Shown here piece after piece: positions 9,756 to 22,260 of a DNA stretch of 64,000 nt (the stretch's first letter is position 1; the number at the start of each line of letters is the position of its first letter). Location: positions 1 through 64,000 of the IMG/VR virus record IMGVR_UViG_2579778842_000017; one strand, 5' to 3'. The notes beneath the pieces were generated by a model that did not search any database, was not told the DNA's origin, and worked only from the letters and a program-made list of their open reading frames with translations. Position numbers and translations under genes: made by a program. The DNA comes from a virus (lineage: Duplodnaviria; Heunggongvirae; Uroviricota; Caudoviricetes).

Positions 9756-11149
9756 TAATCACCCCATAGTGAAGAAAAGTTACTGCTGGCTGCTGGCTGT
9801 GATACCTGTGTAGGTTGAGATTGCTGCCGCTGAGATTTACCAACATTAACGTTATATTGTTGGTTGTAATTGTTGGTGTATTCCTGAATCTCACGAATCG
9901 ACTGCTGCATAGCCTCCGGGCTTGAATAGTCAACCTGCGGCATCCCCTGAAAATACATCTTCGCTTCTGCAACGGTGTTAATACCACTGGCACCCATATC
10001 CCTTGCTGCCGCCACACCCTGATTCTGCATTCTGCCCTGAATACGTTGTGCTGAGTTATATAACTGGCGCTGCTCTTTTCCTGTTAATCGGCTGCGAACA
10101 TCAGCACCAATTGCTGGATTACCTGCACCGCCTGTCATTCCTGTCATGAAATCGAGAGCAGAAGCGTCTGCATTTGCGATCGCGTCGATATCCTTCTTCA
10201 TGGCATAGTTTTGTGCTGATGCAGACGATGTTGCAGGCGCTGCGATTGAACTGGCAGGAACGCGAACCATATTCCCCTCGTTGTCGATGCCTTCGTAGAA
10301 CGCATTAGCCCCAGCGCCGTGAAGCTTCCCACCTACCGTTACAGTTCTGCCATCTGATAACTGAACTGTACGCTTATCATTCCCAGCGATTCCTCTTGTT
10401 GACGCTCGCTGCATTGCCAAATCCTGACCTCGTCGCGCAGTAGAAGCAGATAAGTCCTGACCGCGCATCGTGATGTTCTGACCTCGTGCTGTTAGCGCCT
10501 CTCCAGCCTGATTGCTGCGGATTGTCTCTGCCAGCCTGCCTCGGTCAATTTCACGACCAGCCATCTTGTCCTGAACATTGAAGTAATCAATCGGACCAAG
10601 AGCAGCCATTCCAAGGTGATCAACAAACTCTGTGAAACCTTGTGGATTTTGCTGATACATTTTCGCCACATCCAGAGGGTCTACTCCGGCACGAGTAAGC
10701 TCAGATGAGTTGTTCTGCAACCATGACATCATGGCTTCTGGAGATGAAGCTGCCAGTCTGGCACTTGCTGCCAGTGTGCCGACAGTGGAACGCTGGTCTT
10801 CATCGACAAATTTCATGCCGTTTCTTACAGCGTCAAACTGCTCAGGATACTGTGATGCCAGTTTTCGCATTGCATCGCGGTCACCAGATGTATATGCATC
10901 AGCATAAGCCTGCTGAAACTCTTGCTGTCGCTTCTGCTGATCCATCTGCTTATACATATCCATGACAGATGAAATGCCCTGCAAAGCCTGCAAGCCAACG
11001 TTATTACGTCCTGAACGCTCCATCTCGTTATTCTGTCGAATGTATGCAAGCGTGGCGTCTGCATCACTTGCTCTTGGAGCGTTGGAGTTCATGCCGCCTA
11101 ACCCGGCAAGAAGCGCGCCTGAATTACCAGCCTGTTGCCATGTAGCCAA
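9755..11149 (-). CDS. Ejection protein, P22 gp20-like
   Basis: 464 aa (P22 gp20 about 471), synteny. Confidence 0.8.
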   Translation of the reverse strand: MATWQQAGNSGALLAGLGGMNSNAPRASDADATLAYIRQNNEMERSGRNNVGLQALQGISSVMDMYKQMDQQKRQQEFQQAYADAYTSGDRDAMRKLASQYPEQFDAVRNGMKFVDEDQRSTVGTLAASARLAASSPEAMMSWLQNNSSELTRAGVDPLDVAKMYQQNPQGFTEFVDHLGMAALGPIDYFNVQDKMAGREIDRGRLAETIRSNQAGEALTARGQNITMRGQDLSASTARRGQDLAMQRASTRGIAGNDKRTVQLSDGRTVTVGGKLHGAGANAFYEGIDNEGNMVRVPASSIAAPATSSASAQNYAMKKDIDAIANADASALDFMTGMTGGAGNPAIGADVRSRLTGKEQRQLYNSAQRIQGRMQNQGVAAARDMGASGINTVAEAKMYFQGMPQVDYSSPEAMQQSIREIQEYTNNYNQQYNVNVGKSQRQQSQPTQVSQPAASSNFSSLWGD

Positions 11150-11161
11150 GAGACACCTCCA

Positions 11162-11815
11162 TTAAAAAAGTGAACCAAGAAGACCGACGCCAGCACCAAT
11201 TGCTGTACCCCAACCAGGCATGATTGCAGTACCTGCAGCTGCACCTGCTGCCGCTCCACCCAAGGCGCTCTGAAATCCTGATGGTTTATTCGCATTAGCC
11301 GCAGATGCTGCCGCCTGCTGTTGATACAATTGGCTGACGTTGTTGGCATAGTTCTGCCCGGCGTTTGCCTGACCTGTAAGAGCGCCAAGGCCGATATTTG
11401 CCAGATTGTTGTAGTTGTTCATCTGACCTGACAGCCAGTTTTGACCGAGTGTAGGTGCGATTGCTGCTAACTGGTTTCCTGTTGCTGTAGAGCCTAATCC
11501 ACCCGTTGCCTCTGCTGCTGCCAGACTCTGGTAACGCGCCTGCCCTGCAAGGTCTTTGTACTGCTGGGAGTTGTAATACTGGTTAAGCGCCTGACCTTGC
11601 CCCTGAAGAGAGGAAAGATTTTGCAACTGTGATACGTACTGCTGAGCGAGTGGCGTGAACGGTGCAAGGTTCTGCATGTTCGTCTGCCACATTTCACGCT
11701 GCAGTTCGATACCTTTTTCAGTTGCGCGTGCCTGGGCTTTTGAACCGCCATCACTGCCACCTTTGCAGTAAACAGCTTTGCTGAGGTGCTTATTGGCAAT
11801 CTGGAAAATTAACAT
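11162..11815 (-). CDS. Ejection protein, P22 gp7-like
   Basis: 217 aa, Gly/Ala/Gln-rich with hydrophobic C-terminal region, synteny. Confidence 0.75.
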   Translation of the reverse strand: MLIFQIANKHLSKAVYCKGGSDGGSKAQARATEKGIELQREMWQTNMQNLAPFTPLAQQYVSQLQNLSSLQGQGQALNQYYNSQQYKDLAGQARYQSLAAAEATGGLGSTATGNQLAAIAPTLGQNWLSGQMNNYNNLANIGLGALTGQANAGQNYANNVSQLYQQQAAASAANANKPSGFQSALGGAAAGAAAGTAIMPGWGTAIGAGVGLLGSLF

Positions 11816-12272
11816 TCTTTAGCTCCTCGTATTTTGAGCGCGGTAACTGATAAATCGTGATGCCTACAGGCTTTCCATTGCTGGTATAAGCATCATCAAG
11901 GTGACCAACACGGGTAGCGCCAAGCAAACGGATAATTGCCCGTCCGTATTTCGTTGTGTCAGGAACCATGGTGATGCTGTTAAGGAATGGTGAGTTTTCG
12001 AGAAGCCATTTGCAGAATAATCGATGCCCTTGCAGTGCATATTCACCACGGAATCCGGGGTCGTACACCGCATGGCATTCAACAACGCTATGCCAGAAGT
12101 TACGCACTTCATGAACGCCAGCCAGCACTAATCCTTCGTAGATGCCGAGGTATACCGCATCAGGCTTGATGTAGTATTTATCTCCACTGTCTACGATATT
12201 TCCTGTGTTTGCCGGGTTGTTGAGGAATTCTGCAAGCTTCACCGGATTATCGATGAGCTTTATTTCCATCAC
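11790..12272 (-). CDS. P22 gp14-like virion protein
   Basis: 160 aa, between needle and gp7 genes as in P22. Confidence 0.7.
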   Translation of the reverse strand: MMEIKLIDNPVKLAEFLNNPANTGNIVDSGDKYYIKPDAVYLGIYEGLVLAGVHEVRNFWHSVVECHAVYDPGFRGEYALQGHRLFCKWLLENSPFLNSITMVPDTTKYGRAIIRLLGATRVGHLDDAYTSNGKPVGITIYQLPRSKYEELKNVNFPDCQ

Positions 12273-13117
12273 TGCTCCGCAATGATTTTGATGGTTGTGG
12301 CAGTAAACGACGCACCATTCGACTGAATGGTTAACGTGCTGCCATTTGTGGCAAGAAAGCCGTCTTTATCAACGCTAAAGAACGTAGCTAACAGGATGTT
12401 ATCGGTTGTTGTCGCAGAGTTACGACTGCTTACCAGTGTGTCAGGAACAGAACCGGAAAATGTTAGCTGCATTGACCTGTTGGCGGTTCCGCTGGGCCAC
12501 GTCCCGACGATCGACAGCTTGAAGAACAAGGTTTTGTTCTCGTTGAACACAACCATCTTGTTGTTAACGGTGTCGAAGAATGGTGCCAACGTGCCGGATG
12601 ACGGCGTGAGAGTTTTCAGTAGGCTAACAAGGTTGGTCGGCGCTGTCGGGATGGTTACAGATACGCCAGAGTAAACAACCTCCGACTTCTTGCGAGTAGT
12701 GGCATACTCCAGAGCATCGATGCGCGTTTCATGGTCTGAAACCTGCGACTCCAGCGACTGAACTCTTGTGTCAAGCGACGAAATATCGCTTTCATTCTGA
12801 GCTATTCGTGTTTCATGGTCCTGAAGAGTTGATTCTGCCTGGCTGATTCGCTCCTCATGATTAACAAGCGTTGCTTCCGCAGCAGAAATTCGCTGCTCAT
12901 GGTCAGCGAGAATCACATCCTGCTCATCGTTCCTGACCTGTGCATCATAAGCGCCCTGTCCGGCCTCGTTGGCCTTGTTAGCCACGTTACCAACATCAGT
13001 GCCCTGTGCGATAACGTAAAGCAGATACGACTGCGAGAAGATATTGCGTGGAAGGATTGATGTATCGAGCCGCGTAGCCTGCACAATAACAGGGGTGTTG
13101 AGATTCGAATCAGCCAT
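12269..13117 (-). CDS. Tail needle (gp26-like) with extra C-terminal knob domain
   Basis: 282 aa; N-terminal [18 protein letters not shown] then heptad-rich coiled coil ([33 protein letters not shown]); longer than P22 gp26, as in Sf6/HK620-type needles. Confidence 0.8.
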   Translation of the reverse strand: MADSNLNTPVIVQATRLDTSILPRNIFSQSYLLYVIAQGTDVGNVANKANEAGQGAYDAQVRNDEQDVILADHEQRISAAEATLVNHEERISQAESTLQDHETRIAQNESDISSLDTRVQSLESQVSDHETRIDALEYATTRKKSEVVYSGVSVTIPTAPTNLVSLLKTLTPSSGTLAPFFDTVNNKMVVFNENKTLFFKLSIVGTWPSGTANRSMQLTFSGSVPDTLVSSRNSATTTDNILLATFFSVDKDGFLATNGSTLTIQSNGASFTATTIKIIAEQ

Positions 13118-14535
13118 TACTCGATCCTTATCTGGCAGCCTGACAGAGTGACAGGTGACTTAGTGATAACGCGCAATTTGAAGCCGACATTTTTCCTGAT
13201 GCGCCCGACACGCTTCCACAAAACACGTTTGTCGTAAATGAACGGTTCATTCTGCTCAATCATCTGCTCACGTCCGTAATTGATGCCGTCAGTGGTTGCA
13301 GAGAGAAAAAGGCGGTCAGCATACTGCGCAACGCCAGTTGACGACTCAACTTCAAGGTCGAAAACTCTGGCGTTATCCGCTTTGAACAGTGGAGTAAACA
13401 GCAGGTGTTCTTGCTGTAGCCCATACTGGCTGCTGATGTCGAACTGCAATTTGCCGGTAACCGATTCCAGCTTATCTCCGCACGTTATCTGATTGCCTTC
13501 GTAAATGAAGTCAATAGCGCGGTACACATCGTCATACAGGCCTGTTTTCAGCACACACCATTGCGGACCATTGGCGCTTGAAGATGCGTCGTACACGAGA
13601 ACATGGCGCGGAAGGTGGATAATCAGCAACTCATGCGCATCAAACCGCAGCGATTCCATCACGCCATCAGCCAGTTCATCAGCAGTGTAGGAGCGTAGTA
13701 TTTTCTCAATGCTCGCGCTGGCGATTGGTGATACCTGACCGGAGCCGATGATATACACAGACGGCGCACCTGTTGCCGGATTGCTGATAAACGCATAGGA
13801 ATCAGCAAACGGCGTTTTGCAGTAAGTTCCGGCGATGCCTTTTTGCACCATCAGCGATGGCTGTGCGACATATAAAGCGGCACCAACAGTGGTTGCGCCC
13901 GTCAGGGAGAAATATTCAATCGTCGATGAACCAAAGCAGACGATGAAGTCTCGCCATGTTCCGATGCCGATGATACCGTCCGGCTGCGATTCTGCGCGAT
14001 ATTGTGCGCTGTAACGGTCAGGATGTGATTCGTCTTCAAGGTCAGTGATAAACCATGAATCAGTTCCGTCTTTTGACCACGCATAACGCCCACGTAAGCG
14101 CGTAATGTCGCGAACTGAACCTAACTCATACTGCGTGAATCCGCTGTCCGCAGGCCAGTTTGAGACGGTTTTAACCGTGCCATCATAGCGATACTCGACC
14201 AGTTGACCATTAACGCCTACAGCCTGAGATGTCCGACCATGCGCCATTGATACACGACCACTTCCGGCAACATCACCGACTTCGCTTTCGCCTTTGTAGA
14301 GCTTTCCACCACACACGCGATAAACAGCATTCTGCGCCATGTTGTACTCGACGCCGCGCGATATACCGTTCACATCAGAACGTTTTGCAATGCCCGGGAA
14401 TGAGCGAAGATATCCGCTGCTGTTCAGGATTTCTTTGGGTGTAGCCAGCATATTCACTGGCAGATAGTCGATATAGTCGGCATTTCGGAAGTCTTTGCCG
14501 ACACCTTTCATAAGCGGAAGTTGCTGAATCGGCAT
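13117..14535 (-). CDS. Tail hub protein, P22 gp10-like
   Basis: 472 aa, same length as P22 gp10, synteny. Confidence 0.8.
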   Translation of the reverse strand: MPIQQLPLMKGVGKDFRNADYIDYLPVNMLATPKEILNSSGYLRSFPGIAKRSDVNGISRGVEYNMAQNAVYRVCGGKLYKGESEVGDVAGSGRVSMAHGRTSQAVGVNGQLVEYRYDGTVKTVSNWPADSGFTQYELGSVRDITRLRGRYAWSKDGTDSWFITDLEDESHPDRYSAQYRAESQPDGIIGIGTWRDFIVCFGSSTIEYFSLTGATTVGAALYVAQPSLMVQKGIAGTYCKTPFADSYAFISNPATGAPSVYIIGSGQVSPIASASIEKILRSYTADELADGVMESLRFDAHELLIIHLPRHVLVYDASSSANGPQWCVLKTGLYDDVYRAIDFIYEGNQITCGDKLESVTGKLQFDISSQYGLQQEHLLFTPLFKADNARVFDLEVESSTGVAQYADRLFLSATTDGINYGREQMIEQNEPFIYDKRVLWKRVGRIRKNVGFKLRVITKSPVTLSGCQIRIE

Positions 14536-14544
14536 TTATTCACC

Positions 14545-15006
14545 TCACGTACTCGGATCATCTTTCTCGATGTAAAACCGATTCCACGTAAACGCGCTTT
14601 TGTTACCACTACCGCGAGGCATGTCATTTCGTCGCTCAAGTGGTGGTATTTTGGTTAAAGCGATACAGATTGTCTGATATGCACTGTCAGCAGCGGTCAG
14701 GAGAGCATCCGACGGCTGAATGACGTTATCCATGCACACTTGCACAGCGAGCTTCAAAGCGACGCCATCATTTGCCCATGCAGGGATACCTGAATCATCG
14801 TCAGGTAACGGCATGATGCCGTTTTCTGTATCCGCAAACTGATATCCAAGCTCGATACCTTTCGCCTGCCATGCTGCCATCATGTCTTCAAGGTCATTAA
14901 TGGCATCTTCAATTGCCTGAGGGTCAGCATCTGTCAACGTGGCATTGGAATACAGCCCGGCTTTTCGTAAAGCCTTTAGAACGAGATCACCCTTCGTTTT
15001 CGCCAT
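14545..15006 (-). CDS. Head-to-tail adaptor, P22 gp4-like
   Basis: 153 aa, position between coat and gp10. Confidence 0.75.
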   Translation of the reverse strand: MAKTKGDLVLKALRKAGLYSNATLTDADPQAIEDAINDLEDMMAAWQAKGIELGYQFADTENGIMPLPDDDSGIPAWANDGVALKLAVQVCMDNVIQPSDALLTAADSAYQTICIALTKIPPLERRNDMPRGSGNKSAFTWNRFYIEKDDPST

Positions 15007-15175
15007 CTTCTTCCGCCTTAGCCACTTTTTGCTTCGTTGCGGTTTCTTCAGGAGTTTTTACCCAGCCTTTTTTCAGGTGAGATTTAACTTCTTCGTCATC
15101 AACAATGATGTAATCGACAGCAAACTGACCACAGGTGATCATGTTGCCCGGCTTATAGAGCATTGTTCGTGCCAT
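14987..15175 (-). CDS. Small hypothetical protein between coat and gp4
   Basis: short ORF (probable start at MARTMLYKPG) with Lys/Glu-rich tail. Confidence 0.4.
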   Translation of the reverse strand: MARTMLYKPGNMITCGQFAVDYIIVDDEEVKSHLKKGWVKTPEETATKQKVAKAEEDGENEG

Positions 15176-15216
15176 TGTCTTCTCCCAATAAAAATGGGGC
15201 CGAAGCCCCACCAAAA

Positions 15217-16470
15217 TTACTGCCCAGCTATAACGATGCCCGTATATTCAGGAACAAGTACAGAGCAACCGTACAGAGTGGTGAAACGAGCAGTGGTTAC
15301 GCCTTTGATGTGGTCGAAGGCGTAAGACATGATCAGCGTAGCGCCCTGCTCGGTGGTTGCTGTCATTACCTGTGGACCCTGACCAGTCGGGAACGCTAGT
15401 TTGCCGTACATCAGCTCAACAGAACCATCAGCCCAGAACAGGTTAGCAGGTGCTGCGTTCTTGTTGAGAATGGTGATTGCTGCTGATTCTGCCGGTTTGG
15501 CATCGACGTTTGCATATGGACGACTCGCAACATCGGTATTTTCAACAGGGAGAATCTTTGGAGAGATTGTTACGGTAGTTCCGCTAACAGCCAGAACACG
15601 GAATACCTGCGGTTGCCCGGTGGTATCTTTTGTGATCTGGTGTACGGAATTCACACCGGCAATGGTGAACGCATCACCAACCTGCAAGCCAGATGCAGAT
15701 ACCGTAATAGTCCCCTGTCGGTTATCAACTGGCATACCATTTGAATCTTTCGCTTCAACCTTGTGTTCAGGTTGGCCTGATACTGTCAAGGATTCAGCGC
15801 TTCCTTTCGGTAATCGACCAGAAATATCGGTCTTGTAGCTATCAAAGGAAGCAACCGGAGGGATCTGCGCTTTTTCGTATGCTGTCAGGGTTGCGCCCTG
15901 AGCGTAGGCACGGTGACCAAGCTCGCCAGCAAGGTCTTTGTAGTTGAAGGGGTTCCAGAAAGAGCGACGGTTGATACCCTGCGGTACACCAATCGCCGTC
16001 ATGGTGGCATCAATACCTGCCGCACAGTTCCACAAATCACGGCCCTGTGTACCTGTGGTTGAGTCAGACATTGTGATCACGTTAGTAGCACGCTGCGTAA
16101 CCATGGAAATCAGGTCAGAGTCAATCTGTGCAGCAAGGCGCATACCTGCGGCGCGACCAGCTTCAGTTTTATGCTCAGGGTCACGCATTTCACGCGCATC
16201 CAGAGTGTACAGAATGTTTTTCGGCTCCTTGAACACAGAAGGAACAAGGCGCTGAACCAGTGCTGTAGGCGTTTTGCTGCTGAGATCGAGGCCTTCCTCA
16301 ATGTTCATGTGGTAATGCTGCGGACGATACAGAACATCACCTGCTCGCTGCATTGCTGTATCACCGGGACGGAATTTTTTAGCGTTACGGGAAACTACGC
16401 AGGCGGCCTCAAAGCCTTCAACGTAGTTTTCGAACATGATTTCAAGGTTTTTTGCTAATTGGTTAGCCAT
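15217..16470 (-). CDS. Major coat protein (P22 gp5-like)
   Basis: 417 aa, downstream of scaffold gene. Confidence 0.85.
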   Translation of the reverse strand: MANQLAKNLEIMFENYVEGFEAACVVSRNAKKFRPGDTAMQRAGDVLYRPQHYHMNIEEGLDLSSKTPTALVQRLVPSVFKEPKNILYTLDAREMRDPEHKTEAGRAAGMRLAAQIDSDLISMVTQRATNVITMSDSTTGTQGRDLWNCAAGIDATMTAIGVPQGINRRSFWNPFNYKDLAGELGHRAYAQGATLTAYEKAQIPPVASFDSYKTDISGRLPKGSAESLTVSGQPEHKVEAKDSNGMPVDNRQGTITVSASGLQVGDAFTIAGVNSVHQITKDTTGQPQVFRVLAVSGTTVTISPKILPVENTDVASRPYANVDAKPAESAAITILNKNAAPANLFWADGSVELMYGKLAFPTGQGPQVMTATTEQGATLIMSYAFDHIKGVTTARFTTLYGCSVLVPEYTGIVIAGQ

Positions 16471-16488
16471 GCTTAATGCTCCGATAGG

Positions 16489-17382
16489 TTATTTTTTTGC
16501 CTTTTTAGCGGCGAAATACGGCGTCCAGTCACCAGTTTCCAGCGCCCTGGCTTTCAATTTGTCGAGGTTGTTGATTACTGCGCCGTTGCTCCCCTTAACT
16601 GTCGGGGTTGTGGCTGCCGTGGTTTTTGCTTTTGGCATGATTCTGGCCTTCGATTCGATACGTTCCAGCAGACGACCAATTGCTACGGGGTTTGTAGCTT
16701 CTGCCAGTTGCTTGCGCAGTTCAGCGTTGCGGCCGAGTGCCAGAACAACGATTTCCGGCTTCTCTGACTCAAACAGGATCGCGTTTTGTGTCTCGATGGG
16801 AACTTCCTCGAGTACGGCCTGCTCAGCTTCCTGATAGCCAGGAACTTTGAGAGCCTTAACACGTTGCTGATATTTGGATAATCGCTCTTGATAGGCAGCC
16901 TGAAGCTCCTGCTCCTTCTGCTTGCGAGCCATCTCCTGTTGCTGGTACTTGCCGTTATCCTCTGCCCACTTAGCCATGCGTTGCTGGTAGATTTCTTCAT
17001 CGAAACCGATGTCCTCATCATCCAGTTTTGGCATTCGCGGTGGTTGAGTGATTACCGGCTGCTGCTCGACGGGTTTCTGAGACTGACGCATCAGCTCTTT
17101 CAGCTCGCGGTCTTTCTCTTTAATCGTCTTGCGCAGGTGTTTTACCAGTCCATGCTCTGCGCCATCTTCGCTGGTTGGCGAATCCAGCTTTTCGTCACCA
17201 AAGTAGAATTCCTGTTCTGATTCGTCGTCATCAGTTTCAGTAGCTTCCTCTGCATCATTGCCGGAGGACTCACTGCCATCTTCTGTTTCGACTTCTTCAG
17301 CCAGTTCGACATCATCAGGAATCTGCTCTGACGCGTCGGTTTCGATTTCAACTTCTGGTGTGTTTTCTGCCATCTGGTCCAT
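16489..17382 (-). CDS. Scaffolding protein (P22 gp8-like)
   Basis: 297 aa, acidic N-terminus, helical charged composition, between portal and coat. Confidence 0.8.
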   Translation of the reverse strand: MDQMAENTPEVEIETDASEQIPDDVELAEEVETEDGSESSGNDAEEATETDDDESEQEFYFGDEKLDSPTSEDGAEHGLVKHLRKTIKEKDRELKELMRQSQKPVEQQPVITQPPRMPKLDDEDIGFDEEIYQQRMAKWAEDNGKYQQQEMARKQKEQELQAAYQERLSKYQQRVKALKVPGYQEAEQAVLEEVPIETQNAILFESEKPEIVVLALGRNAELRKQLAEATNPVAIGRLLERIESKARIMPKAKTTAATTPTVKGSNGAVINNLDKLKARALETGDWTPYFAAKKAKK

Positions 17383-17472
17383 TTGTTACCCCTGTTTACT
17401 CGATGTTCAGCCCATCGGAAGGCAATAGGGTGCCAGGCCTCATAAAGACAGCCATTGCACGTTATGGGTTAA

Positions 17473-19689
17473 TTACTGCTGTGGTTGTTGCTGAGTTGAT
17501 TTTTGCAGGATGCTGCTGATGTCCATGCGCTGCGCATGGCCTTGCGCCTGACTTTTCAGGACAAGCTCTGCATCAGCACGGGCATTATCTCCTTGCTGTT
17601 GCTGGAACTGTCCGAGCAGTTTCAGCGCCTCACGGATATCAGATTTTTGCTGGCTATCGGCAGATGCGAGGATTTTCACAACATTTGCCGCTGCAACCTG
17701 AGCATCCGTCTGTGCCTGGAATGCTTTAACCTGAATGGCTGCCTGCTCGTTCTGCGCTTTCTGCAATTCAGCCTGACCAGCAAGAAGCTGACCTTGCGCT
17801 GCAACCATAGCCGGATCTGGCTGACTGGCCTGTTGTTGTTTCGCCTGTTCAACCATCTGCTGTTCTTCAGGCGTTCTCGGCTTGATAACGCCAGACAGAA
17901 GCAACTGATTGCGGTTGTATTCTTTCAGGTCGTCCATCCCTTCGCCGTCCATATTGTCGAGAATCATCGACGATACAAGGTCGTGCTTCGGCGTTCCTGG
18001 TGGGATAAGTGCCAGCATGGAAAGTAACGACTTAACCGTTGCGTCACGGCGAGTAGCGAACGACTGACCGACATCGACAGTCACTTCATAGTTACCCTGC
18101 GAAAGGTCGTTAAGCGCGATAACCTGCCCTGTCTGACGGTCAACCACTTCACCAGTCATCAGCGCCACGTCATCGCTGCCGTCCTCATTAACGATACGCA
18201 TCGGCGTATCGCTGCCATAGACTTCACGCGCCATAGAAAGCCACACAACGCCAGCGCGACGCATAGATTTAGCCATGTTGTCCATGTAGATATAGGACTG
18301 CGTGTCCATCCGGTTAAAAATGCTATCAACGGTATCAGTAGCGACGTTGCTCGGCATGTTCTCAAGCTGCGACGCACCTGTAATTTGCTGAATAGCCGTT
18401 CCGGTGTACTGCAATAGCCCGGCAAGAGCTGGAGGCATTTGTGTCGGAGGCGTATAACTGCTGACCTGAGCCTGCGCAGTAATATCTCCGTTTTTGTTTT
18501 TCAGACTGACCATCGGCAGGAACGCCGGGCGCTTTTTGTTGCGCTCCGCCCAATGAGTGGCGAGAGGACCAGGAATCATGTCAACATCAACTACAGGAAT
18601 GCCATCACCGCCAGCCTGAGTAGCGTTATCTGCAATCATGGAAACCATCAGGTTCTCAAGACGCTGTGCATCCATCGCTTTTGCTGCGTGTCCTTCAATT
18701 CGCTCCTGATTATCAACAAATGAGCGACGCCCATATACCGGGATGAGAGGAATATGTTCGCCCGGAATACGCTTCGGTTCTTCCAGCCATTCAGCGCCAG
18801 ACAGAAGACCGCAATAAACGCGGCGCTTCTTCACCGTTCGCTCGCCAATCAGTTCGAATGCACCATCGGTCAGTTCGTCGACAATATCTTTTATTTGCTC
18901 TTCATCATAGATTGCCGTTTCTCCGCTAACAGGGTTGCGCCACGCCGTGATCTTCACCTTCTCTATGCGAACTTCGTAGTAGCGTCCAACATAGATGGCA
19001 TCTGGCGTTGACCAGTCATATTGAGTGCCAGTGTTATCACGAGAAAGGCTTGCCGCGGTGGAATCAGGGTATTCAGCCTCGAACGCTTTGGGCGTCATGG
19101 AGAACATTTCCATAGCCCACATAGCATCAGAGCGGTCATATTGCTTGCTGTCCTGATCAAAGAAGACGCATGTCGCTGGGTCGTAAACAGGAAGAAGGCT
19201 GATGCGTCGCTGCTCGTTACTCGGATCCATTTCATCTTCGTAATCGGCACACATGCGGAAACAACCGAATCCGCCCGTTACAGCATCATCAAATGCGTTA
19301 TCACACGCTTCGCCACCGGATGTTTCCTGATAGTCAGCGCGGAATTTGCCGTTCATCTTTTCGGCTAACGCTTCCGATGCCTTATCGTCCTTAGGCCTGA
19401 ATTTAACGCTGATGCGATTCTGTCGATACTCGCCAATGATGCGATCACATTCACGGGCAATCTTATTCAGTTCAAAGCGCGGGTAATGCTCAAACCTGCC
19501 TTCATCAAATGAGTAACCAGCGTTTGTGCTGCCTTCCCACTGTGCGCCGGACACCCGGACGAAACGTTGAGCCTCAATAATCTGCTCACGCATATCCTTC
19601 GTTGCTGACCAGGCATTATCAAAGTTGCACAGCACCTTGCGATGCCAGTCAGTCATCTTTCTATCATCAGCCATCATCCAACTCCGCAA
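17473..19689 (-). CDS. Portal protein (P22 gp1-like)
   Basis: 738 aa with Gln-rich C-terminal barrel extension; follows TerL. Confidence 0.85.
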   Translation of the reverse strand: MRSWMMADDRKMTDWHRKVLCNFDNAWSATKDMREQIIEAQRFVRVSGAQWEGSTNAGYSFDEGRFEHYPRFELNKIARECDRIIGEYRQNRISVKFRPKDDKASEALAEKMNGKFRADYQETSGGEACDNAFDDAVTGGFGCFRMCADYEDEMDPSNEQRRISLLPVYDPATCVFFDQDSKQYDRSDAMWAMEMFSMTPKAFEAEYPDSTAASLSRDNTGTQYDWSTPDAIYVGRYYEVRIEKVKITAWRNPVSGETAIYDEEQIKDIVDELTDGAFELIGERTVKKRRVYCGLLSGAEWLEEPKRIPGEHIPLIPVYGRRSFVDNQERIEGHAAKAMDAQRLENLMVSMIADNATQAGGDGIPVVDVDMIPGPLATHWAERNKKRPAFLPMVSLKNKNGDITAQAQVSSYTPPTQMPPALAGLLQYTGTAIQQITGASQLENMPSNVATDTVDSIFNRMDTQSYIYMDNMAKSMRRAGVVWLSMAREVYGSDTPMRIVNEDGSDDVALMTGEVVDRQTGQVIALNDLSQGNYEVTVDVGQSFATRRDATVKSLLSMLALIPPGTPKHDLVSSMILDNMDGEGMDDLKEYNRNQLLLSGVIKPRTPEEQQMVEQAKQQQASQPDPAMVAAQGQLLAGQAELQKAQNEQAAIQVKAFQAQTDAQVAAANVVKILASADSQQKSDIREALKLLGQFQQQQGDNARADAELVLKSQAQGHAQRMDISSILQKSTQQQPQQ

Positions 19690-21170
19690 GGTATGTTGTA
19701 GCTTGAGTAATCAATCTCTTTAGGATCTTTGATGTCTCGCATCTGTATTGCAAAACGCCTCATCATGTAGCCATAGCGAACAGCAGAAAGGATGTCGTCA
19801 TTTAGCTTGACGATCTTCCCGTTCTCATCGCGGTGATACAGACGAAACTCTTCAAAGAATGGCTCGCAGGTGTTAAATACCTTGAAACGACCGTCGAGCA
19901 TCATGTCGCGTATCTCTGCTATCCCGGGTTCGACCGCATTACCTCCATCAGGCCATGTTGCATGATCTGGCAACATGTCGAACCCAGCTTCGGCGTATTG
20001 TTCCTTGAGCTGAGCGCCGCCTCCCTTTTCGTGCTGATGCCCGTCATGAGGCCAAGCCGTAGGGGTGTTTTTGCTCCATGCTTTAACAGCACTCCATGCC
20101 TCTGTCGCCTTCTTCTGTTTGGCCTTCCAGACGCGAGAAAGATAAATCACGTCCTCGTCTTTATCCCACCAAAGCTGGATATGTGCCTGTGGGTGATCCC
20201 ATCCGAAGTCCATTGCATTGATGACGTAGAAGTGATCAGGACACTCGAACGGCTGACACTTAATCGTCTCTTCCGGTATCTGGAAGATTCGACCGCTACC
20301 CATCGTAGGAATACCGCGAGCACGCGCCTCTCTCTCATGCTCGGGATAGGATGCGATGATTTGCTCTTTCTGTTCGTCTGTGTAGTGCTCAGCGTCATAG
20401 ATGGTCATGTTGACCACTTTCTGCGACTTGCTGGGATTCTTCAGGAACTTGGTAACAACGTCAGACATCCCCATCAGCGGGGTAAACGTCAGAATTGAGA
20501 ATTGCCCGTATTTGTTGGTACGGGTAAGACCTTCGCCATAAATGCTGTATGGTGGCTCTTCGTCAAACCACACGCCGTGGATTGTGTCACCCTGCCAGCG
20601 AGCGCGGCCTTGCGAGTATGGTTTGAAGTAGCAGATTGAAATGCCATCTTCAACGCCATCAGCCGTGTGATGCTTAACCAGAAGATGATCAACAAGGTTC
20701 GGAAAGAAAGGAGACTTCTTCCAGCTAATGATGTCTTCTTTAGGTATGGAACCGTAGCCTGGCTCATCATTCTCTTCGATACGACCACACAGGATGCGTT
20801 GAGTCGTTTTGGTTACAGTCTCGTTTGTCTCGCCGCCAATCCAGAAGACAACAGGCTCATAGAAACGCTTACCTTTCCACTCACCGCCATATTTACCATC
20901 AGCAGGATAGCCTTTTGTGCCCGGGTAACGCCCGGTAAGGTGAAACGCGACTTCAGCAGCACCAGTAAATGACTTACCAAGCTGGTTACCAGCCATAAAA
21001 CATCGCTCTGGATAGTCATGCCCGGCGTCGATGAACTCACGCTGTTTGCTGTATGGCGTAAATTCATATAGCAGGTGTGTGTTACGGTAGTTCTCTTCTT
21101 CTTCGAGTAGCTCGAGCAATTCGATTTGCTCTTCGTCGCTCAAGTTATCAAGAATCGCGTCCAGTTCCAC
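19674..21170 (-). CDS. Terminase large subunit (P22 gp2-like)
   Basis: 498 aa; N-terminus [30 protein letters not shown], Walker A-like GNQLGKS. Confidence 0.9.
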   Translation of the reverse strand: MELDAILDNLSDEEQIELLELLEEEENYRNTHLLYEFTPYSKQREFIDAGHDYPERCFMAGNQLGKSFTGAAEVAFHLTGRYPGTKGYPADGKYGGEWKGKRFYEPVVFWIGGETNETVTKTTQRILCGRIEENDEPGYGSIPKEDIISWKKSPFFPNLVDHLLVKHHTADGVEDGISICYFKPYSQGRARWQGDTIHGVWFDEEPPYSIYGEGLTRTNKYGQFSILTFTPLMGMSDVVTKFLKNPSKSQKVVNMTIYDAEHYTDEQKEQIIASYPEHEREARARGIPTMGSGRIFQIPEETIKCQPFECPDHFYVINAMDFGWDHPQAHIQLWWDKDEDVIYLSRVWKAKQKKATEAWSAVKAWSKNTPTAWPHDGHQHEKGGGAQLKEQYAEAGFDMLPDHATWPDGGNAVEPGIAEIRDMMLDGRFKVFNTCEPFFEEFRLYHRDENGKIVKLNDDILSAVRYGYMMRRFAIQMRDIKDPKEIDYSSYNIPCGVG

Positions 21171-21636
21171 GGTTGAATAGCTCCTTGATACGAGAGCGCC
21201 GCTTATCGCGATCTCCCTTATCAGGTGTCACGTCTTCAACTTGCGACTGCTCTTTGAGGCCCAAATCACGGGCGATGATGTTAGCGTTGAGAAGGTCAGC
21301 GGCTGCGCCAGAGAATTTCTGGTCGTAGATGATGTCTTCCGCTCGTGATGTGACGTCAGAAAAACCTTCCATTGACCGGAAGGTTCCCCATGTTTGCCTG
21401 GTGATATCAAGGAAGGTACACAATCCTGAAATAGTCATGGCTCGCATCTTAGGGACATTAGCCTTAATTATTTCTCCCTGATATGAAAATACCTTACCCT
21501 CCCATAGCGGGTTATCATCAGCCCACTCGAAGTATTCACAACAAGCAGCCCACAGCGCCTCAGGCGATTCGAATTTAGGATTTCGCCCATGACTACTGCG
21601 GGCCTCCCAAAATCGGTTGCCCTTTGGTGCTGCCAT
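21148..21636 (-). CDS. Terminase small subunit (P22 gp3-like)
   Basis: 162 aa starting [29 protein letters not shown], recognised as P22 gp3-type. Confidence 0.85.
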   Translation of the reverse strand: MAAPKGNRFWEARSSHGRNPKFESPEALWAACCEYFEWADDNPLWEGKVFSYQGEIIKANVPKMRAMTISGLCTFLDITRQTWGTFRSMEGFSDVTSRAEDIIYDQKFSGAAADLLNANIIARDLGLKEQSQVEDVTPDKGDRDKRRSRIKELFNRGTGRDS

Positions 21637-21715
21637 ATTGATTATTTCCCTTCTGCTTGCTTATCCCATTCATCGCGGAATTTGGATGGGTTGTCGAAAC
21701 CTTGAGTTGCCATGT

Positions 21716-21958
21716 TTATGCTCCGGTAGTGAACAGGTCTAACGCTTCCTTCGATTTACGCACCGCTTCGATTGTGCGGGTCGTGATATCTGAATTAGCG
21801 CCGCCTGACTGGAAGTGAATTTTGAATAGCTCAAGCTTCAGCTCGTCAGTGCCAATGAACTGAAATGCTTCTTCTGCGGCTGCGTTCTGGTTCATGACCA
21901 GTTTGTAAATCTCTAGCTGGAATTTCTGTTCTTCAGTCATGGGAATAATCTCTGCCAT
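21716..21958 (-). CDS. Small hypothetical protein between lysis cassette and terS
   Basis: 80-aa ORF in late-operon orientation. Confidence 0.5.
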   Translation of the reverse strand: MAEIIPMTEEQKFQLEIYKLVMNQNAAAEEAFQFIGTDELKLELFKIHFQSGGANSDITTRTIEAVRKSKEALDLFTTGA

Positions 21959-22260
21959 TGTTGGCTCCGTTTATCCGTTAAAAGGGATATCAGTTAAGTT
22001 ATCCCGTGTAGGGTATAAGCCATTGTCGAGACCACTCATTGAATGGTCTCTGCAATAACCGATGTCTTTCCATCAGTCCGCCACCACAAAGAATCTTTTT
22101 TGCCATAAGGCAGGAGGTTCATCTTTCAGTGGCTGTCAGTGTTATTTCCCCACTTTCTGGCTTGGGTTGTTTCGCTGTACTGCCGTAACTGGTTACCCAG
22201 AATAAATTCCGGTTTCATTATAAAGCCCACCCGTAGATAGGCTTTGTAATGCCTACATGG

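Noticed and set aside
21959-22260. Possible small ORFs (30-34 aa) in the 300-bp gap between the 80-aa gene and the DUF2829-like gene
   Set aside because: No convincing RBS or conservation signal visible by eye; left unannotated.
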